From the IMG/VR virus record IMGVR_UViG_3300010362_000013: 20,000 bases of DNA. The stretch is one strand, 5' to 3'. Positions within the stretch are counted from its first letter, which is position 1. The number at the start of each line of letters is the position of its first letter. The notes beneath the pieces were generated by a model. It searched no databases. It was not told the origin of the DNA and saw only the letters and a program-made list of their open reading frames with translations. Below, piece after piece: positions 1 to 8,497 of this stretch. This DNA comes from an uncultured virus (IMG/VR IMGVR_UViG_3300010362_000013). Taxonomy: Duplodnaviria; Heunggongvirae; Uroviricota; Caudoviricetes. The position numbers were made by a program, and so were the translations under genes.

Positions 1-105
1 CTCCGTTGTATAGCTGCCGACGATTTGACGCTGCCCCCATTTGTGCATGCCGCTGATGATCGGGACGATGCTGTACTCATGCTTGCTGGGATCTCGTACT
101 GTCAT
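1..105 (-). CDS. hypothetical protein, partial (runs off the window; MTVRDPSKHEYSIVPIISGMHKWGQRQIVGSYTTE...)
   Basis: Read manually: ATG at 105 follows the stop of 108..389, with an AAGGA SD; the frame is open to the window edge. Confidence 0.7.
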   Translation of the reverse strand, partial: MTVRDPSKHEYSIVPIISGMHKWGQRQIVGSYTTE

Positions 106-107
106 TA

Positions 108-389
108 TTATTCCTTATCGCCGATGTTCTTGAGACTGCCTGCGAGGAAAAGTTCATTGCCTTTGTGAGCGCGGGCGATAATTTCTTTGTTGTTGGTTAT
201 GTAGAAGTGTTCTTCGATTTTGCCGCTAGTCTTGTCACGAAGCATTTCAATGATGGCTTCGTGATTCTTGCCTTGGTCATTCTTGGTCATCTTACGTAGC
301 CAATCGGCAGCGAAGTAGATATCGCCTTCGTTAGTACCATAGGGACCGCGAATGCTGCCGCTATGTTTGCCTTGTCCATAATCAGGCAT
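108..389 (-). CDS. hypothetical protein (93 aa)
   Basis: ORF track; AGGAGG SD upstream; abuts the stop of the upstream gene. Confidence 0.8.
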   Translation of the reverse strand: MPDYGQGKHSGSIRGPYGTNEGDIYFAADWLRKMTKNDQGKNHEAIIEMLRDKTSGKIEEHFYITNNKEIIARAHKGNELFLAGSLKNIGDKE

Positions 390-391
390 GA

Positions 392-1381
392 TTACCTCCT
401 GAATTCGACAGCTTTGTCAGGATGAATGAAGGGTGCGCCTTCTGGACCTCTGATGTACGGTGCGATCCAGATCTGCCGGTAGTACGGCTTTTCGCCTTTC
501 TTGCCGTAGGGCTGATTGCGCCAGTGTCCATCAGTAATACTGCGAACTTTCATGTGCCTGCCGGTTTCCTCGCCTTTGTAGACAGACTCCTTGGCACGGC
601 GTAGCAACAGTACTTTGACCTCGCGATGACGGATACCAGTCTTGCGTTCAGCGTCACGCCAGATGCCACGGGGAATGCGTTCGGGTACGCTCACACGCTG
701 TTGACCAATGCGCCAAAATGTTTGCACCAATGCTGCTTGCTGGCGCGCACGCAGTTGTCCTGTTCCTGGTACTTCTTCGGGCGTTTCGATGGCCTGTAGT
801 TCCATTGGGTTATTGCCCCACGTCCACTGCCATTGATGTGCAAGGCTCAACGGTGCATGGCGGCGGAAGTACTCGGTTCGGTCGGTGTCAAGGAACTCCT
901 CGGTGTCATCAATGTGACTAAAGAATGAGATCCAGAAGCAACCACGCTCCATCGTCTCGTCATGCATCGATAGCCAGCCGAGCGCGCGTATTGGTACCCG
1001 CTCCTTGTACTCCTTGATCTGCTTGCCATCAAATGTGTTGATATCAGGCGCGTCGTCAAGGTAGATCGGACGGGGAAAGAGGGCGAATCCTTGGGGCACG
1101 AATGGGTCACCGGGCATCAGTGCCTCTGGTTCAAATGACCAGCGCGCGTGATCGACAATCTCAAGAATCTCGTCGCCAACGTAGATTGGATCAGCAGTCT
1201 TGACCATCTGCTTTTGCAGATAGATTAGACCTTCGACGCCAAGCCGTTCCTCGGCAATGTGCCTGCTGTTCAGATCCTCGAAGAATTCGCGTAGCGAAGC
1301 AGTGCCGGTATATGTCTCATACCATTCATGGATGCGTAGCTTGGTGAGCATTGCATCTTCATATCTTGAATAGCGCTCCAT
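392..1381 (-). CDS. conserved phage hypothetical protein (~329 aa) with a C-terminal GHWRNQ-x-YG...IWIAPYIRGP motif
   Basis: Start re-called to ATG 1381 (MERYSRYE) with AAGGAGG SD. The C-terminal motif resembles a widespread phage family of unknown function (from recall, not searched). Confidence 0.85.
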   Translation of the reverse strand: MERYSRYEDAMLTKLRIHEWYETYTGTASLREFFEDLNSRHIAEERLGVEGLIYLQKQMVKTADPIYVGDEILEIVDHARWSFEPEALMPGDPFVPQGFALFPRPIYLDDAPDINTFDGKQIKEYKERVPIRALGWLSMHDETMERGCFWISFFSHIDDTEEFLDTDRTEYFRRHAPLSLAHQWQWTWGNNPMELQAIETPEEVPGTGQLRARQQAALVQTFWRIGQQRVSVPERIPRGIWRDAERKTGIRHREVKVLLLRRAKESVYKGEETGRHMKVRSITDGHWRNQPYGKKGEKPYYRQIWIAPYIRGPEGAPFIHPDKAVEFRR

Positions 1382-1406
1382 GTTCCTCCTTGTCACACAC
1401 ACGGAA

Positions 1407-1430
1407 GAGGGGCGATTCACACCGCCCCTC
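1407..1430 (-). terminator. stem-loop (10 bp, GUGA GNRA tetraloop); weak terminator or transcript-stabilising hairpin
   Basis: Minus-strand RNA GAGGGGCGGU-GUGA-AUCGCCCCUC followed by UUCCGUGU; intergenic. Confidence 0.5.
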
Positions 1431-1462
1431 AACCATGTTGTCAACGGCGTACCTCAGACCGC

Positions 1463-1816
1463 TTATCGGGTTGCTTTGCCTTGACCGTGCTGACCGGACT
1501 CCATGCCTTCGAGATCGGCCAGTGAGCGCCAGCTTTCGTAGATCGGGAGCGGTACGTCAAGGATGCCTTCCTCGGCTTCCTCCTGTCCCTTCACTGCCAG
1601 GTACATATGGCAGCGGGCATGCAGATCGACCTCCACGCCGTTCGCCTTGTCATGAAGCATGAGAAGCGAGCAAGTGTTGATGCGATCCGGGTCAAGCTCC
1701 TTGACAAGCATTGGGATGTTGAGCTTGCGATTCAGGTCCAGCTTCTCTGCCGCTTTTGCGGCTTCGATGACTTGATGCCGGTTCATGAGCTTGGTGCTGC
1801 TCTTACTGCTGTCCAT
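1463..1816 (-). CDS. hypothetical protein (117 aa)
   Basis: ORF track; SD GACAGGAGGA; lies downstream of tandem promoters. Confidence 0.85.
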   Translation of the reverse strand: MDSSKSSTKLMNRHQVIEAAKAAEKLDLNRKLNIPMLVKELDPDRINTCSLLMLHDKANGVEVDLHARCHMYLAVKGQEEAEEGILDVPLPIYESWRSLADLEGMESGQHGQGKATR

Positions 1817-1846
1817 CGATTCCTCCTGTCGTCGGGATGACAGATC

Positions 1847-1875
1847 ACCCTACCACCCGCGCTTTGTCCTGTCAA
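1847..1875 (-). promoter_or_regulatory. sigma70/SigA-type promoter P2
   Basis: TTGACA (1875-1870), 17-nt spacer ending in TGG, then TAGGGT (1852-1847). Confidence 0.7.
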
Positions 1876-1904
1876 GTATATTTATGGAACTTTCTGTTTG
1901 TCAA
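1875..1904 (-). promoter_or_regulatory. sigma70/SigA-type promoter P1
   Basis: TTGACA (1904-1899), 18-nt spacer, TATACT (1880-1875); AT-rich intergenic region. Confidence 0.75.
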
Positions 1905-1927
1905 GTATTGCGCCGAAAAAATACGCC

Positions 1928-2110
1928 TTACTTGATAAGCGCCTTGCGTGCTGCCTGAATGCGCGCGATCTCGTCCTCGATCACCGCGATATCGACCTGA
2001 TGCTGCTTGACCTGTGCGCGCAGTAGCATTTCGCGCTGCTCAAGGTCGTGATCCATGTTCTCCACGAACTCGCCGCGCTGTGTCTCGGTGGTGTTGTTGT
2101 TACGTGCCAT
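1928..2110 (-). CDS. small coiled-coil hypothetical protein (60 aa, MARNNNTT...)
   Basis: Start re-called to ATG 2110 with GACAGGAG SD; heptad-like pattern. Confidence 0.8.
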   Translation of the reverse strand: MARNNNTTETQRGEFVENMDHDLEQREMLLRAQVKQHQVDIAVIEDEIARIQAARKALIK

Positions 2111-2225
2111 GCTGTTCTCCTGTCGTCTGTATTGATAAGTGGAACCGGGTTGCTGGATCACTTCCCCGGCCCCGATGCCCCGCGACTCTCAACCCCGTAA
2201 GGGGCAGGGACCAGAGGGCGTTGCG

Positions 2226-2234
2226 ATCATACCA
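2226..2234 (-). promoter_or_regulatory. extended -10 promoter element (TGGTATGAT)
   Basis: TGnTATGAT in an intergenic gap, about 115 nt upstream of ATG 2110; no clear -35. Confidence 0.5.
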
Positions 2235-2245
2235 TAGATCGCCGT

Positions 2246-2431
2246 TTAGACGCGCGGCCCGATTCGCCGCGCCTCAGTGCGCACGGCAAGCGTCCGCTCG
2301 ATGCTCGACAGCACCGACGCGGGGCTGCGGTTTTCCAGCGTGAGCAGCCGTTCGATGATCTCGACGTACTCCTCATCGCTGACCGGCTGTCGGATACGTG
2401 GAGCGAGCGGCCTCAGCAGTTCCGTTGTCAT
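2246..2431 (-). CDS. hypothetical protein (61 aa, MTTELLRP...)
   Basis: ATG 2431 lies immediately after the lipoprotein stop (TGAAATG), consistent with translational coupling. Confidence 0.65.
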   Translation of the reverse strand: MTTELLRPLAPRIRQPVSDEEYVEIIERLLTLENRSPASVLSSIERTLAVRTEARRIGPRV

Positions 2432-2432
2432 T

Positions 2433-3173
2433 TCAGTGGTAGGTACGGAAGACTCCGATGGTGTGCTCAGGCTTGTCGCTGAACGCATCGGCGTCGGAGA
2501 ACTGCAACACACTGAGGTTGCCATCCTTAGCGAGTCCGTCAACGTGACTGGCAGCGACCTTGAAAATCACGTCGCCCGTGGCGGTTTCGTCGGGCTGGAT
2601 CTCCTCGTAGATGAGGGGATTGTCACCATTGTTCATGGCATTGAAGTTCGGATTTGATGTCTTGCCCTCGACAGAGAGCGAGAACATATCCGACGCATCG
2701 ACCTCGACGGGATCGTCAAGCTTGTTGGTAATGCTCACGTTGGCGATGACGTACGAGCCGACAAGTGGCGACTCATACTCGCGATGGATGGAACTGACGG
2801 CCTCGATTGAATTGAGGCGGACGTTCATCTGCGGCAGTGTAAGGGCGTGGTCGCGATTAGTAATCTTGACAGACTGCCCCTGCGTGATGCAGGTACCTTC
2901 GCGTAACCCCTTCCGGTCGATGCCAAGAACCTCACAATCCTTGCTGTCGCTCTTGGTCTGAATGCCAGGATCGTTGGGATCGAAGTCATCGGCGTTGGGA
3001 GTGCCGTCGTTGTCCGAATCCGGGGGATCAGGCGTGGTCTGTGTTGGCGCAGGCGTCTGCTGCTTCTGAGCGGGCTGCTCAGTAGCCTTGACGTTGGCCG
3101 TGCTCGGGTTGTCGCTACCGCATGCGGTCACGAAAAAGGCTGCCAAAATGGCAGCCAGAACAGCGTACTTCAT
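2433..3173 (-). CDS. lipoprotein with a DUF4352-like Ig-fold domain and a DxDxDG Ca-binding (thrombospondin type 3-like) motif
   Basis: Signal peptide and lipobox VTAC-GS; P/Q/T linker; DSDNDGTPNADDFDPNDP; C-terminal V-x-ITN...EEIQPDETATGDVIFKV pattern typical of DUF4352. Confidence 0.75.
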   Translation of the reverse strand: MKYAVLAAILAAFFVTACGSDNPSTANVKATEQPAQKQQTPAPTQTTPDPPDSDNDGTPNADDFDPNDPGIQTKSDSKDCEVLGIDRKGLREGTCITQGQSVKITNRDHALTLPQMNVRLNSIEAVSSIHREYESPLVGSYVIANVSITNKLDDPVEVDASDMFSLSVEGKTSNPNFNAMNNGDNPLIYEEIQPDETATGDVIFKVAASHVDGLAKDGNLSVLQFSDADAFSDKPEHTIGVFRTYH

Positions 3174-3234
3174 GATTACTCCTGTGGGTTGGATGTGTTG
3201 TAAACGATACTGCGGTACTACACTAAACGGTGTC

Positions 3235-3432
3235 TTACTTGTTAGGCAGCAATTTCACCGTGATACGTACACGGCGCACTTCCGGCTTCTTGGACTCGCC
3301 TCCAGTGTTGTCTTCGACCCAGCGACCGAGCGAGGGAACATCCCCCTGCTCAGTTTCGGTGTCGGGCAGAAAAACGTGGCCGAAGCCGTCGATTTCCATG
3401 CGCCCTACGTACTCTCCGAAATCCTCCATCAC
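3235..3432 (-). CDS. hypothetical protein (65 aa)
   Basis: ORF track; GTGA overlap with the upstream stop. Confidence 0.7.
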   Translation of the reverse strand: MMEDFGEYVGRMEIDGFGHVFLPDTETEQGDVPSLGRWVEDNTGGESKKPEVRRVRITVKLLPNK

Positions 3433-3824
3433 GCAACCTGCTTGTCGATCTCGCGGTTGAACTGACGACGAAATTCGTCAGTAATGCTGGTCGGCGTCTT
3501 GCCAAATATGCGCTTGGTCCACTGTGTGCGCGTCTCGTCGGTGACATTGACGCGCAGGCCGATGTGGGCAAGGAACTCCTCGTTGCTCACGTACCACGGC
3601 GAACCGTCGCCATGAATGAGGAAGTGACCATGCAGCTTCTCCATGATGCGGAAGCGCGCGACCCACTCGTCAATGTTGCTGCGAGAAATCTCGCTGAGGC
3701 CAACGCTGATCGAACCGAAGATCAGCGCTTCTGTGACCGGGTTCATGCGCGTTTCGTCACCCTCCCCGATCCAGACAACCTCCTTGTAGTTGTCGATCTT
3801 CTCGAACCAGTAGTGTAAAGCCAC
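3429..3824 (-). CDS. hypothetical protein (131 aa)
   Basis: ORF track; AGGAGA SD; GTG start. Confidence 0.85.
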   Translation of the reverse strand: MALHYWFEKIDNYKEVVWIGEGDETRMNPVTEALIFGSISVGLSEISRSNIDEWVARFRIMEKLHGHFLIHGDGSPWYVSNEEFLAHIGLRVNVTDETRTQWTKRIFGKTPTSITDEFRRQFNREIDKQVA

Positions 3825-3849
3825 TTTACTTTCTCCTAGGATTATGTTG

Positions 3850-4149
3850 TCAGATACGATCTAGGGCTGTGCCCCAGACCACTTCGCCGTCGATGAGCAC
3901 GCGCTCAAGCGCGGCGTGTGGGATTGTCCAGCGGCCACGACCGGCGTTTGGTTCGCCTGCCTTCCACGCTTCCCAGGAGCGCGTTGTCTCGAAGCTGATG
4001 CCCTCGCCGTTATCCACAATGCTGATGACATTGCGGAAGTGATCGTATTGCTCACCGTTGAGCGTGTCCAGATCGAGCCGGTTGCAGGTATCCCACGACG
4101 CCTCGACGGCGACGTTCGTTGGTGGCCCGGAGTAAATGTTGCGTTCCAT
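3850..4149 (-). CDS. hypothetical protein (99 aa)
   Basis: ORF track; AAGGAG SD. Confidence 0.85.
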   Translation of the reverse strand: MERNIYSGPPTNVAVEASWDTCNRLDLDTLNGEQYDHFRNVISIVDNGEGISFETTRSWEAWKAGEPNAGRGRWTIPHAALERVLIDGEVVWGTALDRI

Positions 4150-4157
4150 GTTTCTCC

Positions 4158-4496
4158 TTAGCTCTTGCTGCCGTGCTTGTGCTGGTAAAGAACCTCGTCC
4201 AGCGCCATCCGGCAGGTGGTCGCCCAGCCCTCGTAGATGAACTCCTCACCGAGATACTTCTCGATTTCATCGTCAGGAGTATTGGCGACAATCTGTTCCT
4301 CATCATCGGTGAGCGTGCTGTCGATGTGCTCACGAAACGCATCGACAGTGAAGACCAGGCGCTCATCGATCTTGCAGACGGGATTGAGACGCGCGACGAT
4401 CTTGCGATAACCGCGTTTGGTCAGTTCACCAATAATGATCGCCATGTCAGCATCGCTGATGTCGTAGGTACGATATTCGATAGTGTTGCTGCTCAT
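4158..4496 (-). CDS. acidic hypothetical protein (112 aa)
   Basis: ORF track; ATGA overlap; AAGGAGG SD. Confidence 0.85.
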   Translation of the reverse strand: MSSNTIEYRTYDISDADMAIIIGELTKRGYRKIVARLNPVCKIDERLVFTVDAFREHIDSTLTDDEEQIVANTPDDEIEKYLGEEFIYEGWATTCRMALDEVLYQHKHGSKS

Positions 4497-4837
4497 CGGA
4501 TCTCGTAGACCTCCTTCGTGGTTTCATTTTGCACCATCCATTTCAGGAGGTGCGCTAGATGCAGTAGTGTTGCGGTGTTGGTGGGTGTGCGCGTCTGCCT
4601 GCCTTTGCCGTCGATCAATGGGATCGCAAGCGCCTCGCGTGCGGGCACACAGGACTCGTCGCTGTCCACGATCAGGCAGCGCGACGAATCCAGATACAGC
4701 ACACCGTCGTCGGTTTCCTCGGGTGTGCGTCCGCTGTCATCAGCGATGACGTATTTGATGCCATCCTCAGTCATGGTTGAGAACAGTCGGTGCCCATCGG
4801 GCAAGCGATACTCGAACTTCCAGTACCAGTTTGTCAT
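4493..4837 (-). CDS. hypothetical protein (114 aa)
   Basis: ORF track; abuts the upstream stop; GGAG SD. Confidence 0.8.
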   Translation of the reverse strand: MTNWYWKFEYRLPDGHRLFSTMTEDGIKYVIADDSGRTPEETDDGVLYLDSSRCLIVDSDESCVPAREALAIPLIDGKGRQTRTPTNTATLLHLAHLLKWMVQNETTKEVYEIR

Positions 4838-5026
4838 TTACTCCACCTCGGGCACCCAGTCCGTCACGAACTCGGTGCTGCCTTGAACGACGTTGACCTG
4901 CATGATGAAGTCGCCCAACTTGGCGTCAAGCGACTCGGCATGCTCGTCGTAGATTTGCTGGGCAACATCATTCACGTCACCGTCAGTGACATCCTTGATG
5001 TCAATGATGATGCGGTAGTCAGGCAT
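4838..5026 (-). CDS. small acidic hypothetical protein (62 aa)
   Basis: TAATG overlap with the helicase stop; GAGGA SD. Confidence 0.8.
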   Translation of the reverse strand: MPDYRIIIDIKDVTDGDVNDVAQQIYDEHAESLDAKLGDFIMQVNVVQGSTEFVTDWVPEVE

Positions 5027-6573
5027 TAGCCTTCCTCCTCGATGGTTGTGTTTTCCTTGCGGGCACGGTAGCGCTTGAGAGCGCGCGGGATCGGCTTCTC
5101 ATCGACGCGCGTGGCGAGGTGGTTGTCCACCCACGACAGCGAGCCACGGTCGAGCTTCTGCATCGCTCGCGTTACTGACACGTAGGCCAGCATGCACTCG
5201 GCACGGTTCGGTTCGGTCGGCTCCCCGGCCTCATCGGTCGGCTCTTGGAAGTCACTGTTGATGCGAACCGTATCCCATTCGCGCCCCTTGGCCTTGTGTG
5301 CGGTGCTGATGAGAATGTCCGGGTTGTACTTCTCATCGGTGGCGCGAGCGGCAACGTCAGCCATCTTGTCAACACCGTAGCTATCGACGAGCTTGACGAA
5401 CACCTTGAGTTCGGCACTGCCTTCCTCCGTCGCGTAGTCGGCGGCGTCGGTCCAGTTGTTGAAACCCATCAGTTCCGGGTGCGAGGTGCCGCGACCGGCC
5501 ATTAGATCGCGTGCTGCCTCGGCCAGCATTTGAATCGGCTTCGTGCCGCCGACGACACCGTAGCTGCGTCCGTTTTCCTCCTCGGCTACGCTCAGCGCCG
5601 CACTGATGACACCGGCATTGGTACGAGACAGGATCGCCTTCGGCTCCTCAATTGGGCCAAGCTCTGACTTGATCGGTTCAAAGCCCTTGAGGCGCAGCGG
5701 TGCGGCGATCAGTTCCAGCCACTTATTCGCCTCCTCCGCAACGGCGGGGCCGAAGCGGAAGCTTTGTGACAGCGTGAGCCGGTGGGCAGCAGCGAAGCGG
5801 CCCATCGCATCTTCCGCCCCGCGCCAGGCGTAGATCTGCTGCGCACTGTCACCAACCATGATGATCTGCGCATCCTGAATCTTGACAACGTGCTCGGTCA
5901 CGGGGTTGGCATCCTGCGCCTCATCGAACAGGATCGTGTCGAATGGCAGCTTCGGGTCCGACAGGCTCCACATCTTGAGGAACACGTCGAATGGCGAGGC
6001 AGCCCCGGCGAAGCGCAGCTTGTCGGTCGGCATAATCAGCCGCTCCCACAGCTTGCGAGCGTACGGGACAACAATGCTGCGAAGCTCGTCCATGTACTCC
6101 TCGGCACCGGCAATGAAGCGGACGTGCTGAGCGCCGATCTCGCGCTCGGCAGACTGGCAGAACTTACTGACAGCTTGCTGCGCCAGTCCGGCCAGTTTCT
6201 CGGGCGAGTAGTACACGCTCTGCTCACCGTCGCCCCACTTGATACCCTCGCGGATGTTCAATGCGTAAGCGCAGCCCTTGCGGTTGGTGAATGGCAGGTC
6301 GAGCTTGGAACGGTCCACGCCTGACATCGCGAAGGCATGGCTCGTCTTGCTTGTCGTGTTGCGCGGAAAGCTCGCCTTAGCTTCGTCAGCAATGCTGCGA
6401 TTGTAAGCGATGTAGCCGAGCTTCGCGTACTTCGGCGCAGACCTTGCGATTTGCTTGAGGCTGGTCGTCTTGCCGCACCCGGCACCGGCCTCGATTAGCA
6501 CACTCTGCCGTGTCGATGCGGCGTCAAGAATGGCGACCTGCTCGTCTGTTGGCTGAGGTTCAGTCTTGCTCAT
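5026..6573 (-). CDS. UvrD/Rep-family superfamily 1 DNA helicase
   Basis: All SF1 motifs are visible: I AGAGCGKTT, Ia AYNRSIA, II FDEAQD, III VGDSAQQIYAWRGA, IV LSQSFRF, IVa SRTNA, V STAHKAKGREWD, VI YVSVTRA. Confidence 0.95.
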   Translation of the reverse strand: MSKTEPQPTDEQVAILDAASTRQSVLIEAGAGCGKTTSLKQIARSAPKYAKLGYIAYNRSIADEAKASFPRNTTSKTSHAFAMSGVDRSKLDLPFTNRKGCAYALNIREGIKWGDGEQSVYYSPEKLAGLAQQAVSKFCQSAEREIGAQHVRFIAGAEEYMDELRSIVVPYARKLWERLIMPTDKLRFAGAASPFDVFLKMWSLSDPKLPFDTILFDEAQDANPVTEHVVKIQDAQIIMVGDSAQQIYAWRGAEDAMGRFAAAHRLTLSQSFRFGPAVAEEANKWLELIAAPLRLKGFEPIKSELGPIEEPKAILSRTNAGVISAALSVAEEENGRSYGVVGGTKPIQMLAEAARDLMAGRGTSHPELMGFNNWTDAADYATEEGSAELKVFVKLVDSYGVDKMADVAARATDEKYNPDILISTAHKAKGREWDTVRINSDFQEPTDEAGEPTEPNRAECMLAYVSVTRAMQKLDRGSLSWVDNHLATRVDEKPIPRALKRYRARKENTTIEEEG

Positions 6574-6605
6574 GGTCTGTCCTCCGGTCGGTCATGTTGG
6601 GTATG

Positions 6606-6636
6606 ATACTAGCAGATCAATCTTGCTGTTTGTCAA
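6606..6636 (-). promoter_or_regulatory. putative promoter for the helicase operon
   Basis: TTGACA (6636-6631), 19-nt spacer ending in TGC, TAGTAT (6611-6606); shares TTGACAAACAG-n-AAG with P1 at 1899. Confidence 0.55.
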
Positions 6637-7025
6637 GCCGAGATCGGCTCGAAGCTATGCAGCATTAGGCCGTCCGCAGCGTCCTCGGGATGTAGTTCGG
6701 TATCGGTGTGGATCAGCGCGCGTCGTTCCTCGCCGCAGATATTGCAAATGTCTGTTTGCGGATCATCGCCATAGCCGTAGAGCTTGGCGATGTGAGGCGG
6801 CACCATGCGGGCCATATCCCATCGACCGTGTGCGTCGTCCAGCAGCGAGTGTCCGCCGATGTCAAGCTTGACGCGATACCATGTTGTGTCGTACAGCGGC
6901 TCGCCAGTAACACCGTGCGTTTGATCGCGCGAGGTGTGACTGATGCTCTCGACAGTGCCCCACTGCATTTCATAATGCGAGAAGAATCTGTCGCCAACCT
7001 TGAATTGCGGCTCGGTCTGCATCAT
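6633..7025 (-). CDS. hypothetical protein (130 aa); SH3/KOW-like N-terminus and a C-terminal CxxC...H...H motif
   Basis: FKVGDR...WGTV pattern; CNICG...H...H; ATGA overlap. Confidence 0.8.
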   Translation of the reverse strand: MMQTEPQFKVGDRFFSHYEMQWGTVESISHTSRDQTHGVTGEPLYDTTWYRVKLDIGGHSLLDDAHGRWDMARMVPPHIAKLYGYGDDPQTDICNICGEERRALIHTDTELHPEDAADGLMLHSFEPISA

Positions 7026-7270
7026 GGCGTCACCGTCACGTCGCTATAGTGGACACCGGAAGGTGCAACCCACAGCCCGGTTATGCTATCAAGGTAAACC
7101 TTGATGTCAGCCCCTCGACCATCACAGATCATGTTGTAAATGATCGGCACGTAGTCCTCGCCCTCACCGCCTTCTGTGGCGTGGCCCAGGTCGATTGTCT
7201 CCGACGCATCGAAGTACAGCGCCGGGTGGTTTTCCTCCATTGCGGAGGACTGGCTCAGATAGAGCTTCAT
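7022..7270 (-). CDS. acidic hypothetical protein (82 aa)
   Basis: ORF track; coupled to both neighbours. Confidence 0.8.
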   Translation of the reverse strand: MKLYLSQSSAMEENHPALYFDASETIDLGHATEGGEGEDYVPIIYNMICDGRGADIKVYLDSITGLWVAPSGVHYSDVTVTP

Positions 7271-7273
7271 TAT

Positions 7274-7531
7274 TTACAGTCCTAGGATATCGCCGTAGCG
7301 AATGTCGTTTTCGACTTCTGAACAGATTGAGGAGACTTCCTCGGCCTCCACCCAGGAAAGCTCCGAGTTGTCAACAGCGGTGAGGACACGCCCGAAGTGC
7401 TGCATGTGGAACTCATCCCAACCAGTGTGATCGTCGCGGTCAGGGCGCTTGTCGCTGACAAGATCGGTGGCCTCATCGACCGCGATCTTGAGAATCCGTC
7501 CGTACTCCTCATTATCAAGTATTCTTGTCAC
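7274..7531 (-). CDS. acidic hypothetical protein (85 aa)
   Basis: ORF track; AAGGAG SD; GTGA overlap. Confidence 0.8.
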   Translation of the reverse strand: MTRILDNEEYGRILKIAVDEATDLVSDKRPDRDDHTGWDEFHMQHFGRVLTAVDNSELSWVEAEEVSSICSEVENDIRYGDILGL

Positions 7532-7701
7532 AGGATCTCCTTTACTGCGTCAGGAATGTGTTTGTCGTGGCTGTCCAGCACGGCTGCGAGCCGTATATCC
7601 AGCCACGTCCACTTGTCATTTGCTGCGTCGAAGTACTCACCAATCTCAGGTGTCTCCTGATCGGATTCGACTTCAACAGCGAAGATCATGATTTGTGTCA
7701 T
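7528..7701 (-). CDS. small acidic hypothetical protein (57 aa, MTQIMIFAVEVESDQETPEIGEYFDAANDKWTWLDIRL...), absent from the ORF track
   Basis: Read manually; AAGGAG SD; fills the gap exactly, with a GTGA overlap downstream. Confidence 0.75.
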   Translation of the reverse strand: MTQIMIFAVEVESDQETPEIGEYFDAANDKWTWLDIRLAAVLDSHDKHIPDAVKEIL

Positions 7702-7703
7702 GA

Positions 7704-8495
7704 TTACTCCTTTGTGATGATGTCGCGAGCAGCGGCGTCGGCACGCTCCTGCATTTCTGCCAGCCGTGCCTCGATAGCGTGCTCAAGTGCCTCGAAGCAA
7801 TCCTGCTCGCAGCGTTCGTGATCGCCTACGTAGCCACCGCAACCGTCGTGGTAGTCGGACTCGTCGTCGTTGACGAAGAAGCAAGCGATGTCGCCTTCCA
7901 GATAAGAGGCGTAGACCTTGACCTCGCTGCGCAGTGCCTTCTCGATGTCGTCATCACTCACGTCATCGCCCATGCACTCCTTGACATTCTCGGGCGTGTC
8001 GTAAATGAAGCCAACGAAGCTGCTGTCCCAGCCAGCCTGATCGAATGGGTAATCACCCACGCTGCCGACGTACATGGTCAGCCCGGAGTGCTCGTAAACA
8101 GTGAGGCCAAGCACGACGCGAGCGCCACGCTCCTCCTTGAAGTATGTCACCGGGTCAAGCGTCACCCAATTGTCGTAGCCGTCCTCGTCCTCGCCGCGAA
8201 TCACCTCGAAGTCGATCTTGGAAATGTCCTCGTCGCCAAGTTCATAGCCGCGATAGCTAACAGCCATCGTGCCGACATTGCCAGCCCAATCGCGCGGATT
8301 GTGGAAGTGCTGGTCGTACTCCTCATAGCCCAGCGTGGCACTCAGACCGGGAAAGGCGTCCTCATACTCGTCCGTCTCGACGTTGAACGTCGTTACCGTG
8401 AGCGTCTGCTCCGGGTGGCCTCGATCATCCTCGCGCTCGATGTCATATGTGACATCGTTGACAGTGATGGTGTCCTTCTTGGTGTCGTAGCTCAT
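7704..8495 (-). CDS. conserved acidic phage/MGE hypothetical protein (263 aa; YEHSG...WDS..VGFIY...YLEGD...GCGGY motifs)
   Basis: ORF track. The motif series resembles a widespread uncharacterised phage/ICE family (LYDHSG...WDSGQVG...DSCWGFY; from recall). Confidence 0.85.
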   Translation of the reverse strand: MSYDTKKDTITVNDVTYDIEREDDRGHPEQTLTVTTFNVETDEYEDAFPGLSATLGYEEYDQHFHNPRDWAGNVGTMAVSYRGYELGDEDISKIDFEVIRGEDEDGYDNWVTLDPVTYFKEERGARVVLGLTVYEHSGLTMYVGSVGDYPFDQAGWDSSFVGFIYDTPENVKECMGDDVSDDDIEKALRSEVKVYASYLEGDIACFFVNDDESDYHDGCGGYVGDHERCEQDCFEALEHAIEARLAEMQERADAAARDIITKE

Positions 8496-8497
8496 TG

